NCBI GenBank assembly: GCA_937888485.1
Contig: CALAQQ010000275.1
Location: 1-32,000 of the forward strand
Direction: 5' to 3'
From: an uncultured Clostridia bacterium
Lineage (GTDB): Bacteria; Bacillota; Clostridia; Oscillospirales; Acutalibacteraceae
Length of the DNA: 32,000 nucleotides
Positions 16,518 to 24,706 of this stretch are shown here, piece by piece (positions within the stretch are counted from its first letter, which is position 1; each line of letters starts with the position of its first letter). Under the pieces are notes generated by a model. The model was not told the DNA's origin. It did not search any database and was given only the letters and a program-made list of their open reading frames with translations. The translations under genes were made by a program, and so were the position numbers.

Positions 16518-16793
16518 ATGAAAAAATTTCTCTCAGTTATTCTGGCAGTCGTTATTATCTTTTCGTCTTTCGCAACAACCTTTGCATCGGCAATTGTGCC
16601 GGGTCCCACAGTTTCTGTCGTTTCTACAATTGATTTGTTGGAAAGCGATCCAATGACTTCATGGATTCTTGCTCCGCTTCATCTTCTGGAAGATATCATT
16701 CCCGAGGAGTCCTATAATGAATTGATTAATTTTTTGCTTATGTTTGATTTTGTTTATCTGACTACAAAGATTATGGGTTCAATTAGATTTTAA
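16518..16793 (+). CDS. Small secreted protein (91 aa), unknown function
   Basis: AAGGAGG lies 8 nt upstream of ATG 16518. The signal peptide is MKKFLSVILAVVIIFSSFATTFASA. The gene has its own promoter and terminator. Confidence 0.55.
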   Translation: MKKFLSVILAVVIIFSSFATTFASAIVPGPTVSVVSTIDLLESDPMTSWILAPLHLLEDIIPEESYNELINFLLMFDFVYLTTKIMGSIRF

Positions 16794-16804
16794 TAAAAAA
16801 CATA

Positions 16805-16838
16805 AAGAGCTGTCGATACGGACAGCTCTTTTTTTATT
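16805..16838 (+). terminator. Rho-independent terminator
   Basis: AAGAGCTGTC-gatacg-GACAGCTCTT followed by TTTTTTT. Confidence 0.8.
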
Positions 16839-16952
16839 CAAAGAGAGTTTTAAGAAATTTGTTTAAAATAGCAGTTGAAGATACTTGGTATCTGTGTTTT
16901 GGGGTTTATTGTTTTTATCAAAAATCAAAAGAAAAATAGAGAAAGAGAAATT

Positions 16953-16981
16953 ATTGAAAAATGATGCTCAAAGTGATATAT
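16953..16981 (+). promoter_or_regulatory. Promoter TTGAAA-17 nt-TATATT with TG extension
   Basis: TTGAAA at 16953..16958, TG at 16973..16974, and TATATT at 16976..16981, upstream of the phosphodiesterase gene. Confidence 0.5.
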
Positions 16982-17013
16982 TTGAGATATAACTATGCAA
17001 AGGGGTAAATATA

Positions 17014-17778
17014 ATGAAAGTAATAATGATGCTTCCCGACGGCATGCGTCCCGATTCGCTTGCAAATATCGAAAAAGCACAGAGAATATTGAAAGAGTCA
17101 TCCTATTCTCTCAATGCTGAAACTGTTTTCCCTTCGGTTACTTTGCCCTGTCACATTTCGCTTTTTCACAGTGTTACACCCGAAAGACACGGTACAACAA
17201 CCAACACTTATATGCCGCAGGTCAGACCTGTTGACGGTTTGTGTGAGGTGCTGAAAAGAGCAGACAAGAAATGCGCGGTTTTTTATAACTGGGAAGAAAT
17301 CCGTGATGTTTCCCGCCCGAATTCTCTTGCACATTCATGCTTTTATGCGGGAAGAAGAATCGGTTATAAGCAGGCGGGAGAGGAACTCACCGATGCGGCG
17401 ATTGATTATCTGAAAAAATATGATACCGATTTTACTTTTATTTATTTCGGTTATCCCGATATGCAGGGACATAATTTCGGCTGGATGACGGATGAATATA
17501 TGGAAGCGATTGAAAACAGTTGGGATAATATTGAAAAGCTGATGAATTCTCTCGGCGATGAATATACATATATCATAACGGCGGACCACGGCGGTCATGA
17601 CAGAACTCACGGCAGCGAAATGCCCGAAGATATGCTTATTCCCGTGATAATCAAGGGTAAGGATTTTGACGCTGGAAGAATTCTTGAAAATGTCAATATA
17701 ATCGACCTTGCGCCTACTGTTACAAAACTTCTCGGAGTTGAACCCGACGGTGAATGGGAAGGCAAGTCACTGATATAA
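17014..17778 (+). CDS. Alkaline-phosphatase-superfamily enzyme, type I phosphodiesterase / nucleotide pyrophosphatase-like
   Basis: DGMRPD, FPSVTLPCHISLFHSVTPERHG (nucleophile Thr motif) and ITADHGGHDRTHGS (metal-binding DHG motif). There is no signal peptide. Confidence 0.72.
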   Translation: MKVIMMLPDGMRPDSLANIEKAQRILKESSYSLNAETVFPSVTLPCHISLFHSVTPERHGTTTNTYMPQVRPVDGLCEVLKRADKKCAVFYNWEEIRDVSRPNSLAHSCFYAGRRIGYKQAGEELTDAAIDYLKKYDTDFTFIYFGYPDMQGHNFGWMTDEYMEAIENSWDNIEKLMNSLGDEYTYIITADHGGHDRTHGSEMPEDMLIPVIIKGKDFDAGRILENVNIIDLAPTVTKLLGVEPDGEWEGKSLI

Positions 17779-17784
17779 AAAAAG

Positions 17785-17808
17785 ACCCTCTGTCCGAAGA
17801 CAGAGGGT
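17785..17808. terminator. Bidirectional terminator hairpin
   Basis: ACCCTCTGTC-cgaa-GACAGAGGGT, flanked by AAAAAAAG on the left and TTTATT on the right, between convergent genes. Confidence 0.7.
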
Positions 17809-17824
17809 TTATTGCTGTCAGAAA

Positions 17825-18319
17825 TTATGCGATTTCCTTAACGCCGATGTGAATGCCCTTCTCAAGATATTCGAAGATTGTACCAAATACCTTGTTGTAG
17901 GGGATATCCTTAAGAAGACCGAAGAGACCGCCGAAAATCTTTTCATAGAGATCTGTTTCTTCAAGGAACTTCATGATCTTGTGAACGGGGATGCTGAGAT
18001 ATTTGCCTTTGCATTCTGCAACGTGTGCATCAAAAGCGTTTCTTGTTACAACGATTTCGCCGCAGTAGTCGCATTCGCCTTCGAATTCAAGGCAAATGCC
18101 TTCGTGAATCTTAAGTTCTTCTTCTGTAGCAAAGTCAGCGCCGCATTCATACTGGCAATCACGGAAATAACCGTCGCAGTTAGCGAGATGCTTATTATAT
18201 GCAGCTTCGTTTTTGTAAGTTTCATTGCAGTAGGGGCAAGTGTTTGTTGATGCAAATGCAACTGTTGCTGTTGAAAGAATGCAAACAAGTGCAAGCACGA
18301 TTGATAAGAACTTTTTCAT
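17825..18319 (-). CDS. Signal-peptide protein with three tandem C2HC zinc-finger-like modules and an amphipathic C-terminal region
   Basis: The signal peptide is MKKFLSIVLALVCILSTATVAFA-ST. Three modules follow with C-x2/3-C-x12-H-x3-C spacing at residues 28..48, 55..76 and 83..103. SD GAAAGGAGA lies upstream of ATG 18319. Confidence 0.75.
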   Translation of the reverse strand: MKKFLSIVLALVCILSTATVAFASTNTCPYCNETYKNEAAYNKHLANCDGYFRDCQYECGADFATEEELKIHEGICLEFEGECDYCGEIVVTRNAFDAHVAECKGKYLSIPVHKIMKFLEETDLYEKIFGGLFGLLKDIPYNKVFGTIFEYLEKGIHIGVKEIA

Positions 18320-18383
18320 TATTCTTATCTCCTTTCAAATTATTTTTTTGGCGCATTTCACGTAGCAACCATATATTGTAATA

Positions 18384-18412
18384 ATCCTATCATAAATGAA
18401 CAAATTTGTCAA
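18384..18412 (-). promoter_or_regulatory. Promoter TTGACA-17 nt-TGa-TAGGAT for the zinc-finger protein gene
   Basis: On the minus strand, TTGACA is at 18412..18407 and TAGGAT at 18389..18384, preceded by TG. Confidence 0.45.
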
Positions 18413-18462
18413 TATGTATTAATAAAATGTTAACGCCGTATAGAAAAAATTTTTGATTTTTG

Positions 18463-20328
18463 TTATTTTCCCCAGTTGTAGGGTCTGTCTATGAAGTCGA
18501 CGGTTTCTTTATCCTGAGGAATAATTGCAAAGGATGAAACTCTGTCAAGACCGTGGCTTTTGAAGTCGTCATAGAGCTTTTCATTTTCTTTGAGCCTTCC
18601 GGGATTGAGGAAGATGAATTCGCCCATGAAAAGATTGGATTTATAGTATCGCCAGCTGAGCTCGGCAACCTCAACGTTGAATTTCTGCTCTTCGGTTATG
18701 TCGGAATTCAGCGCAAGGTCAAACAGAATATCGCTTTTGGCAACGGTATAAGGTGAACAGAATCCTGCCTGATAGTGCCAGTCAAAGTCAAAGGCGTGGG
18801 CTGTTGCTTTTGTCTGTGCCGTCTGGAGGTCAATATATTCCTTGATATAGGGAGCGGCTTCCTTGCCGTAGAAGGCATTGAGAAAATCGTTCATGTGATA
18901 TTCAACATCGCAGTTGACATCCCACTGAAGCTTGCAGAGAAGATAATTGCGGAGTTCGTTGAATGCAGCATAATGACCGTCACCGCAGTTGTAGATATAA
19001 CCCGTTATGCCGATGTCGTGCATGTATTTCATGGTTGACTGCATTGTTTCGAAGTTTGAGAAAAACATAGCAGTGTTAAGGAAATTAATTGTGTAGTCGT
19101 AGATATATGTTGTGTCCGCAACCTTGACCCAGTTTGCAAAATCCTCGGCAATCTGAGGGGCAGGGTCACCGTAAAGCATATCGAATGTTTCATTCTCGAT
19201 TCCGTCCATCGCACCGCATTCGGTAAGGAGATGGCTTCTGCATGCTTTATGAAGTCCGCAGAGAACGGGCGCAACGTTGGGATTGCAGCGAAGCGATAAA
19301 TCTGTCGGAGGTCTGTCGGTTTCATTATAGGCATAGAAGGTGAACATGAAATCGGGGAACTCATCATCGAGTGCATCGGCAAAATTATTTGTAAAGATAA
19401 GCGTCGGTGCACATACCGTGCCGTATTTTTCGTAAAGAGCTTCACATGAGTCGCAGTGGCAGTAATTCATGTTATCTTTCTGACCGATATGAATATATTT
19501 TGCATCGGTTTTGCAGTTGAGAATTGCATTTCTTCCGTTTTCAACCGCAATCGGAAGCACGTCGGGGTGGGAAAGGCAGACGTGGTCGGTGCTTCTTGTG
19601 CCGTCGGGCTGAAGAGCAAAATATTCGGGATGCTCTGCAAAGAGTGAATCAGGAACAAGGTCGGTTAAAGTGACGTCCCATAAAACGTAGGTCAGCGCAC
19701 CGCCGTATGCCGTAGCTTCTTTCCAGAAAGAAACGTTCATTTTTGTTCTTGCGCGGTGAGCGTCGTTTGTGTCTTGACAGTCATTTCTTCTGACTGAAAA
19801 TGACGGTTCAACTGTACGGTTTATATTTGCATCGATGATAACATCCTTGTTTTTGGGAACAACTTCAAGCGTCGGCGTAAACCAACGAACGCCAAGATAT
19901 TCTTCAAGGAAGGTATAAACGCCGTAGAGAGTGCCTCTGTCACTTCCTCCCGAAATATAAAGATTTTTGCCGTCGGATTTAAGTGTGAAGCCGTCATCGG
20001 CTAAATCTTTAAGCTCCGAATTTTTAATAATAACAGCGTTTTGACTGTCGGAAATCTTGTTTTCTGTTATGTGTTCAATTTCCGCACCGCTTATTTTTTC
20101 GATATATGTCTGAAACTCGTTGACGGCGGTGAGTATGCACTCCGATGGGTTTTCTTCCGTTACAATAACATAATCCGTTTCGCTGTTTTCAACGATATAC
20201 ATCGGAGTTTCAATCGTCGGAGCAACGTATTTATCTCCGCCGTAATTGATGTTTGTGTTGAGGGGAATAATTCCAACGGCAAAAAGAATAATCTCAAAAA
20301 GAGAAAAAATTGCTTTGATTGTTGCCAT
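18463..20328 (-). CDS. DUF4838-domain protein (putative glycoside hydrolase, GH20-like N-terminal fold), N-terminally anchored
   Basis: There is an N-terminal TM segment, IFSLFEIILFAVGIIPL. GFTLKSDGKNLYISGGSDRGTLYGVYTFLEEYLGVRWFTP is the characteristic DUF4838 N-terminal region. Confidence 0.65.
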   Translation of the reverse strand: MATIKAIFSLFEIILFAVGIIPLNTNINYGGDKYVAPTIETPMYIVENSETDYVIVTEENPSECILTAVNEFQTYIEKISGAEIEHITENKISDSQNAVIIKNSELKDLADDGFTLKSDGKNLYISGGSDRGTLYGVYTFLEEYLGVRWFTPTLEVVPKNKDVIIDANINRTVEPSFSVRRNDCQDTNDAHRARTKMNVSFWKEATAYGGALTYVLWDVTLTDLVPDSLFAEHPEYFALQPDGTRSTDHVCLSHPDVLPIAVENGRNAILNCKTDAKYIHIGQKDNMNYCHCDSCEALYEKYGTVCAPTLIFTNNFADALDDEFPDFMFTFYAYNETDRPPTDLSLRCNPNVAPVLCGLHKACRSHLLTECGAMDGIENETFDMLYGDPAPQIAEDFANWVKVADTTYIYDYTINFLNTAMFFSNFETMQSTMKYMHDIGITGYIYNCGDGHYAAFNELRNYLLCKLQWDVNCDVEYHMNDFLNAFYGKEAAPYIKEYIDLQTAQTKATAHAFDFDWHYQAGFCSPYTVAKSDILFDLALNSDITEEQKFNVEVAELSWRYYKSNLFMGEFIFLNPGRLKENEKLYDDFKSHGLDRVSSFAIIPQDKETVDFIDRPYNWGK

Positions 20329-20352
20329 ATGCTCAGCCTCCTTTATGCTCTA

Positions 20353-20381
20353 AATATAATTTATAGAAATAAAAAAGTCAA
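20353..20381 (-). promoter_or_regulatory. Promoter TTGACT-17 nt-TATATT for the DUF4838 gene
   Basis: On the minus strand, TTGACT is at 20381..20376 and TATATT at 20358..20353, with a 17 nt spacer. Confidence 0.5.
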
Positions 20382-20397
20382 GGCTTACTGTTTTTTC

Positions 20398-20426
20398 TTG
20401 AAAAGTAAAAATTTATATGGTAATAT
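20398..20426 (+). promoter_or_regulatory. Promoter TTGAAA-17 nt-TAATAT (TG-extended) for the GH92 gene
   Basis: TTGAAA at 20398..20403 and TAATAT at 20421..20426, preceded by TGG. AAGGAGG at 20435..20441 precedes ATG 20449. Confidence 0.5.
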
Positions 20427-20448
20427 CAAACTATAAGGAGGCGGTTTC

Positions 20449-22710
20449 ATGTGGAAAATAATAAGAATATTAGTTTCTGTTTTCGTGGCATTTGAAACAC
20501 TGTTCACGGGAATTTTCGGTGGAGTTATGCCCAAAAGTGTTGATGTGCCTGAGGTGACAACAGGGGAATATACTCAGTACGTTGACCCGTTTATCGGTAC
20601 GGGCGGAACTCCCTGGACCTGCGGAATGCTCAGTCCTGCGGCAACGGTGCCTTTCGGCGCAGTCAGACTCGGACCCGACACAACCTTCCTCGGCGGTATT
20701 TATATCACCAAAATGAACACCTCGGGTTATTATTATGAGCAGGCGCATATCAAAGGCTTCAGCCATTCCAGACTTTCGGGTACGGGCGCTGAAGATTACA
20801 GCCATTTCAGAGTAACTCCCGCAATCGGCGACAATGAGCCCGCGGTTATGACTTATTCCCATTCAGATGAAACCGCAGCTCCCGGTTATTATGCGGTTTA
20901 TCTTCCCACGGTCGGCTGCCTTGCGGAAATGACGGCTGATACACACACGGGTATTCACCGTTACACTTTTAACACCGATAAAGATGCAAGACTTTATATC
21001 GATGTGACAAGCGCTTCATCAAACAAAACATCAAAAGACGGTCATGTTTCCTATGATGAAAAATCGGGGATAATTACGGGAAGATGTATAATTGACGGTC
21101 AGTTTTCGGGAAGATTTGACGGTCTTCCCGCATATTTTGCTGCGGTTGCGAATAAACCCGTAAAAGCTTTCGAAATCAAAGAAAATGACGGCAAGGTCGG
21201 GATTGACCTCAATTTCGGCTCGCTTAAAAATGAGAGCGTTGAGCTTAAAATGGGCATAAGCTATGTAAGCTGCGAAAATGCGCTTCTCAATCTTAATGCA
21301 GAAACAGACGGTAAAAATTTTGATGCAGTCAGAGAAAAAGCGGTTAAGTCATGGGATGAACGCCTTTCAGCAATCAAAATCGCTTCCGACGATGATGAAA
21401 TAAAGACCGTTTTCTATACAGCACTCTATCACGCAATGATAATGCCGACGGATTTCACCGACGTCAACGGAGAATATCTCGGCTTTGATAAGAAAGCACA
21501 CAAGGCAGAGGGTTATACTTACAGAACGGATATGTCGCTCTGGGATACCTGCAGAACAACTCATCCGCTTTATACCCTTATTGCCCAGGATATTCAGACC
21601 GACTGCCTCAACAGTCTTGTTAATATGGCACAGCAAGGCGGCGGAAATCTTCCCCGCTGGCCCATGGGCGCAGGATATTCGAGCTCAATGTTCGGCGATT
21701 CGGCAAATATCGTTATTGCGGAAAGCTATCTCAAGGGCATAACCGATTTTGATGTTGAAGCGGCATATGAGGCAATGAAATATTCATCGGAAAATGCTAC
21801 AAACAAAGCGGGCAGAAACTTCATTGAATTATATAATGAGTACGGATACATCCCCAATGATGCTGAGGGAGTCAGAAAATCCGTTGCATGCACTCTTGAA
21901 TATGCATGGCAGGATGCGGCAATTGCATCTCTTGCAAAGGCTCTCGGCAAGGAAGAGGATTATCAGAGATACACAGAAAAATCCATGTATTATAAGAACG
22001 TTTTTAATCCCGAAACAAAGTATTTCCAGGCAAGAAATGCCGACGGCTCATTCGTTTGGAATTTCAGCCCGTATATAACGGAATTTTATGATGCGGTTAT
22101 GATAAAGAAATTTGCAAACTGTTATTCCGAGGGCAGCGCAAGGCATTGGAGATGGGCGGCACAGCATGATATTGAAGGAATGATCGAGCTTTTCGGTTCG
22201 GAAGAATATTTTGTCAGCGAGCTTGAAAATTTCATGGAAGATGCATCGCTCACAAGAGCCGCAATTGATCCCGGCCACGGTTACTGGATAGGCAATCAGC
22301 ACGATATCCACACTCCCTATCTTTTCAATAACGCAGGCAGACCCGACCTTACGCAGAAATGGGTGCGCTGGACTCTCAAAAACCGTTTCAGCGATGATAT
22401 CAACGGCCTTGACGGCAACGATGACGGCGGAACTACAAGCACGTGGTATGTTTTTTCGGCGCTCGGATTCTATCCTCTTGCAGGCACGGATAAATACTGG
22501 ATAGGTTCACCGAATATCGATTCGGCAGAAATTACTCTTTCAAACGGCAAAACGCTTAAAATCACCGCAAATAATCAGAGCGATAAGAATATTTACGTAA
22601 GCGGAGTAACCCTCAACGGCGAGAAACTCAACGGATTCTACGTTACTCACGAACAGCTTATGAACGGCGGCGAGCTTGTTTTCAACATGAGCAACACCCC
22701 GAACAAATAA
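20449..22710 (+). CDS. Glycoside hydrolase family 92 (alpha-mannosidase family), N-terminal signal/anchor
   Basis: YVDPFIGTGGTPWTCGMLSPAATVPFGAVRLGPDT, GFSHSRLSGTG, LWDTCRTTHPL and GLDGNDDGGTTSTWYVFSALGFYP are GH92 hallmarks. Confidence 0.9.
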   Translation: MWKIIRILVSVFVAFETLFTGIFGGVMPKSVDVPEVTTGEYTQYVDPFIGTGGTPWTCGMLSPAATVPFGAVRLGPDTTFLGGIYITKMNTSGYYYEQAHIKGFSHSRLSGTGAEDYSHFRVTPAIGDNEPAVMTYSHSDETAAPGYYAVYLPTVGCLAEMTADTHTGIHRYTFNTDKDARLYIDVTSASSNKTSKDGHVSYDEKSGIITGRCIIDGQFSGRFDGLPAYFAAVANKPVKAFEIKENDGKVGIDLNFGSLKNESVELKMGISYVSCENALLNLNAETDGKNFDAVREKAVKSWDERLSAIKIASDDDEIKTVFYTALYHAMIMPTDFTDVNGEYLGFDKKAHKAEGYTYRTDMSLWDTCRTTHPLYTLIAQDIQTDCLNSLVNMAQQGGGNLPRWPMGAGYSSSMFGDSANIVIAESYLKGITDFDVEAAYEAMKYSSENATNKAGRNFIELYNEYGYIPNDAEGVRKSVACTLEYAWQDAAIASLAKALGKEEDYQRYTEKSMYYKNVFNPETKYFQARNADGSFVWNFSPYITEFYDAVMIKKFANCYSEGSARHWRWAAQHDIEGMIELFGSEEYFVSELENFMEDASLTRAAIDPGHGYWIGNQHDIHTPYLFNNAGRPDLTQKWVRWTLKNRFSDDINGLDGNDDGGTTSTWYVFSALGFYPLAGTDKYWIGSPNIDSAEITLSNGKTLKITANNQSDKNIYVSGVTLNGEKLNGFYVTHEQLMNGGELVFNMSNTPNK

Positions 22711-22714
22711 AATC

Positions 22715-22741
22715 AAAACCCCCGGCTCAGCCGGGGGTTTT
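22715..22741. terminator. Bidirectional terminator
   Basis: AAAA-CCCCCGG-ctcag-CCGGGGG-TTTT between convergent genes. Confidence 0.8.
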
Positions 22742-22743
22742 GA

Positions 22744-23484
22744 TTATTTGAGAAGTTCTTTAAGCGTTGCAACGTCTTTTGAGAATTGCAACGGGCTGTC
22801 ACCTTTTACGAATTCAAGGATATAATCGGTGTTCTTACTTTCCTTTTTCAGGACTGCGATGTATTCTTTCCATTCATTGTTGCCTTTGAGGGGGTGCCTT
22901 ATTCCGAGCTTGCCCCAATGGAAAACGTGAACTCCGTCAACGTAAGGTGCAACGGCTCTGAGATTATCAAAATCGGCTTTGACCCTCAGGGGTTGCCAAT
23001 ATGTTGCGATATTCTCACGGTTTACCGCTTTCAGAAATTCGAGCGATGATTTGCCGTTGTCGTTGAATGTGCCTTCATGAAATTCGAAAGAAAGGGTTAT
23101 GCCCTTTTCCTTTGACATATCGCAGAGCTTTTGTGTTTCTTCAACAAGGGAATCAAAAAGTTTTTTATCCGTTTTGTCGCTTGAAGAAGTGCCGAGCCAG
23201 AGGCGTATTCTTCTGCATCCGATTTTTTCCGAAACGGAGAGAATTTTTTCGAAAAGCTCGTAATCCTTCTGACCGATTCTGTAGTAACTGCCGTAGGAAA
23301 GAGGTTTTATGCCGTATTTTTTCTGCAAGGAAATAACCTCTGCAAGTGCGTTTTCATCGTCGGGAGGAAGGTGGATATCTCCGCCCCATTCGATATATTC
23401 AACGCCGTTTTCCTTTGCGATAATGCAGATTTCTTCTCTTGAAAGCTTGCGGAAGGTGACGCTTGTAAATCCGAGTTTCTGCAT
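22744..23484 (-). CDS. Sugar phosphate isomerase/epimerase-like TIM-barrel protein (xylose isomerase-like fold)
   Basis: MQKLGFTSVTFRKLS...IEWGGDIHLPP...RLWLG...SFEFHEGTF is typical of the AP_endonuc_2/xylose-isomerase-like TIM family. The start chosen is ATG 23484, 1 nt after the upstream stop. The track start at 23574 would overlap the LRR gene by 89 nt. Confidence 0.72.
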   Translation of the reverse strand: MQKLGFTSVTFRKLSREEICIIAKENGVEYIEWGGDIHLPPDDENALAEVISLQKKYGIKPLSYGSYYRIGQKDYELFEKILSVSEKIGCRRIRLWLGTSSSDKTDKKLFDSLVEETQKLCDMSKEKGITLSFEFHEGTFNDNGKSSLEFLKAVNRENIATYWQPLRVKADFDNLRAVAPYVDGVHVFHWGKLGIRHPLKGNNEWKEYIAVLKKESKNTDYILEFVKGDSPLQFSKDVATLKELLK

Positions 23485-23485
23485 A

Positions 23486-24694
23486 TTACTGTCTTTCTGC
23501 CGAATATGCGATATCAATGCTCTTTTTGAAAAGCATGAAGTCATATTGCGGTCTCCAGCTGTCGCCAGTTTCAACGTTATTTTTGAATTCTTCCTCGGAA
23601 AGAGGAGTGTTGATTACGGAAACGCCTCTGAGCTCATCGCCTTCTTTATATACGGTGTCCCAGAATGCGTGGTGACCGATATATGTAACACTTTCGGGAA
23701 TATAAACATAGGTCATCGCCTGGTTATAGCTGAATGCGTCGGATCCGATATATTCAAGTCCTTCGGGGAGTGAATTATATACAACGCCGAGAGATGCTTC
23801 ATCGGTGAAGTGAGTGTCGGTTACATCGCCTTTATAGCTGTAAACTCCTTCAAGAAGAGGAATTTCAAAGAACGCAAGAGTTTCAATCGTTTTGACACCT
23901 TCGGGAATATAAACATTCTTCATGTTTGCATAGTTGAAGCAAAGCTGACCGATTTTTTCAACCGTTGAGGGAACAACATATGTGAGAACGTCTTTTACAT
24001 ACTGCTCATAGTTTGCATCCTCGGGAGCAGGCTCGGTTCTGTAACCGTTTTCATCATACTTGGCATGACCGTATTTTTCTGCAAGATAGGTGTCATGGTC
24101 GCAGGGACGGCAGATGATTTCGGTTTTGCCCTTATTATAAAGAACGCCCTCGATATCGCAGTAATTGGGATTGTTTTCGTCAACCCTGATTTCCTGTAAT
24201 GCCCAGCATGAATAGAAAGCTTTTGGGTCAACATAATCAACGCCTGCACCGATGTTGATAACCTTGACCTTTTCATCGCAGTTGAGTGCGTATTCACGAA
24301 CGGAGGTTATCTTTTTTGTTTCATCCTTGGAGATGATGAAGTTTGTATTTACATCGGGATTCTCACGGTCATATTCAATGCTTGAAACAAAGTCGATGTC
24401 AAGAGTTGTTATATAACCCGTGTTGCTGAATTTTTCGAGTTCAAAACCTGATTCGGTCTGTTTATATTCAAAAGTATCCTTCTGAACTGTTCTTACGCTG
24501 AAATAACAGGAAATCGAAACGGCTATGATGATAACAATTGCGAAAATTGCTTTTTTCATACCGTAATGCTTGAATTCCTTACCGATATGAGGAGCTGAAA
24601 GACCTTCAACCTGATAGGTCCAGATTTCATCCTCGGGGATATCAAGATGAATGGGTTCTTCAACGGGAATCTGTTTCTTTTCTTTCTTACTCAT
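23486..24694 (-). CDS. Membrane-anchored BspA-type leucine-rich-repeat surface protein
   Basis: It has a short cytoplasmic N-terminus and a TM segment, AIFAIVIIIAVSISCYFSV. Repeated IxxxAFxxCxxLxxI/V units follow (VINIGAGVDYVDPKAFYSCWALQEIRV, VEKIGQLCFNYANMKNVYIPEGV, LEYIGSDAFSYNQAMTYVYIPESV). Confidence 0.75.
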   Translation of the reverse strand: MSKKEKKQIPVEEPIHLDIPEDEIWTYQVEGLSAPHIGKEFKHYGMKKAIFAIVIIIAVSISCYFSVRTVQKDTFEYKQTESGFELEKFSNTGYITTLDIDFVSSIEYDRENPDVNTNFIISKDETKKITSVREYALNCDEKVKVINIGAGVDYVDPKAFYSCWALQEIRVDENNPNYCDIEGVLYNKGKTEIICRPCDHDTYLAEKYGHAKYDENGYRTEPAPEDANYEQYVKDVLTYVVPSTVEKIGQLCFNYANMKNVYIPEGVKTIETLAFFEIPLLEGVYSYKGDVTDTHFTDEASLGVVYNSLPEGLEYIGSDAFSYNQAMTYVYIPESVTYIGHHAFWDTVYKEGDELRGVSVINTPLSEEEFKNNVETGDSWRPQYDFMLFKKSIDIAYSAERQ

Positions 24695-24706
24695 AATATC
24701 CCCTCC

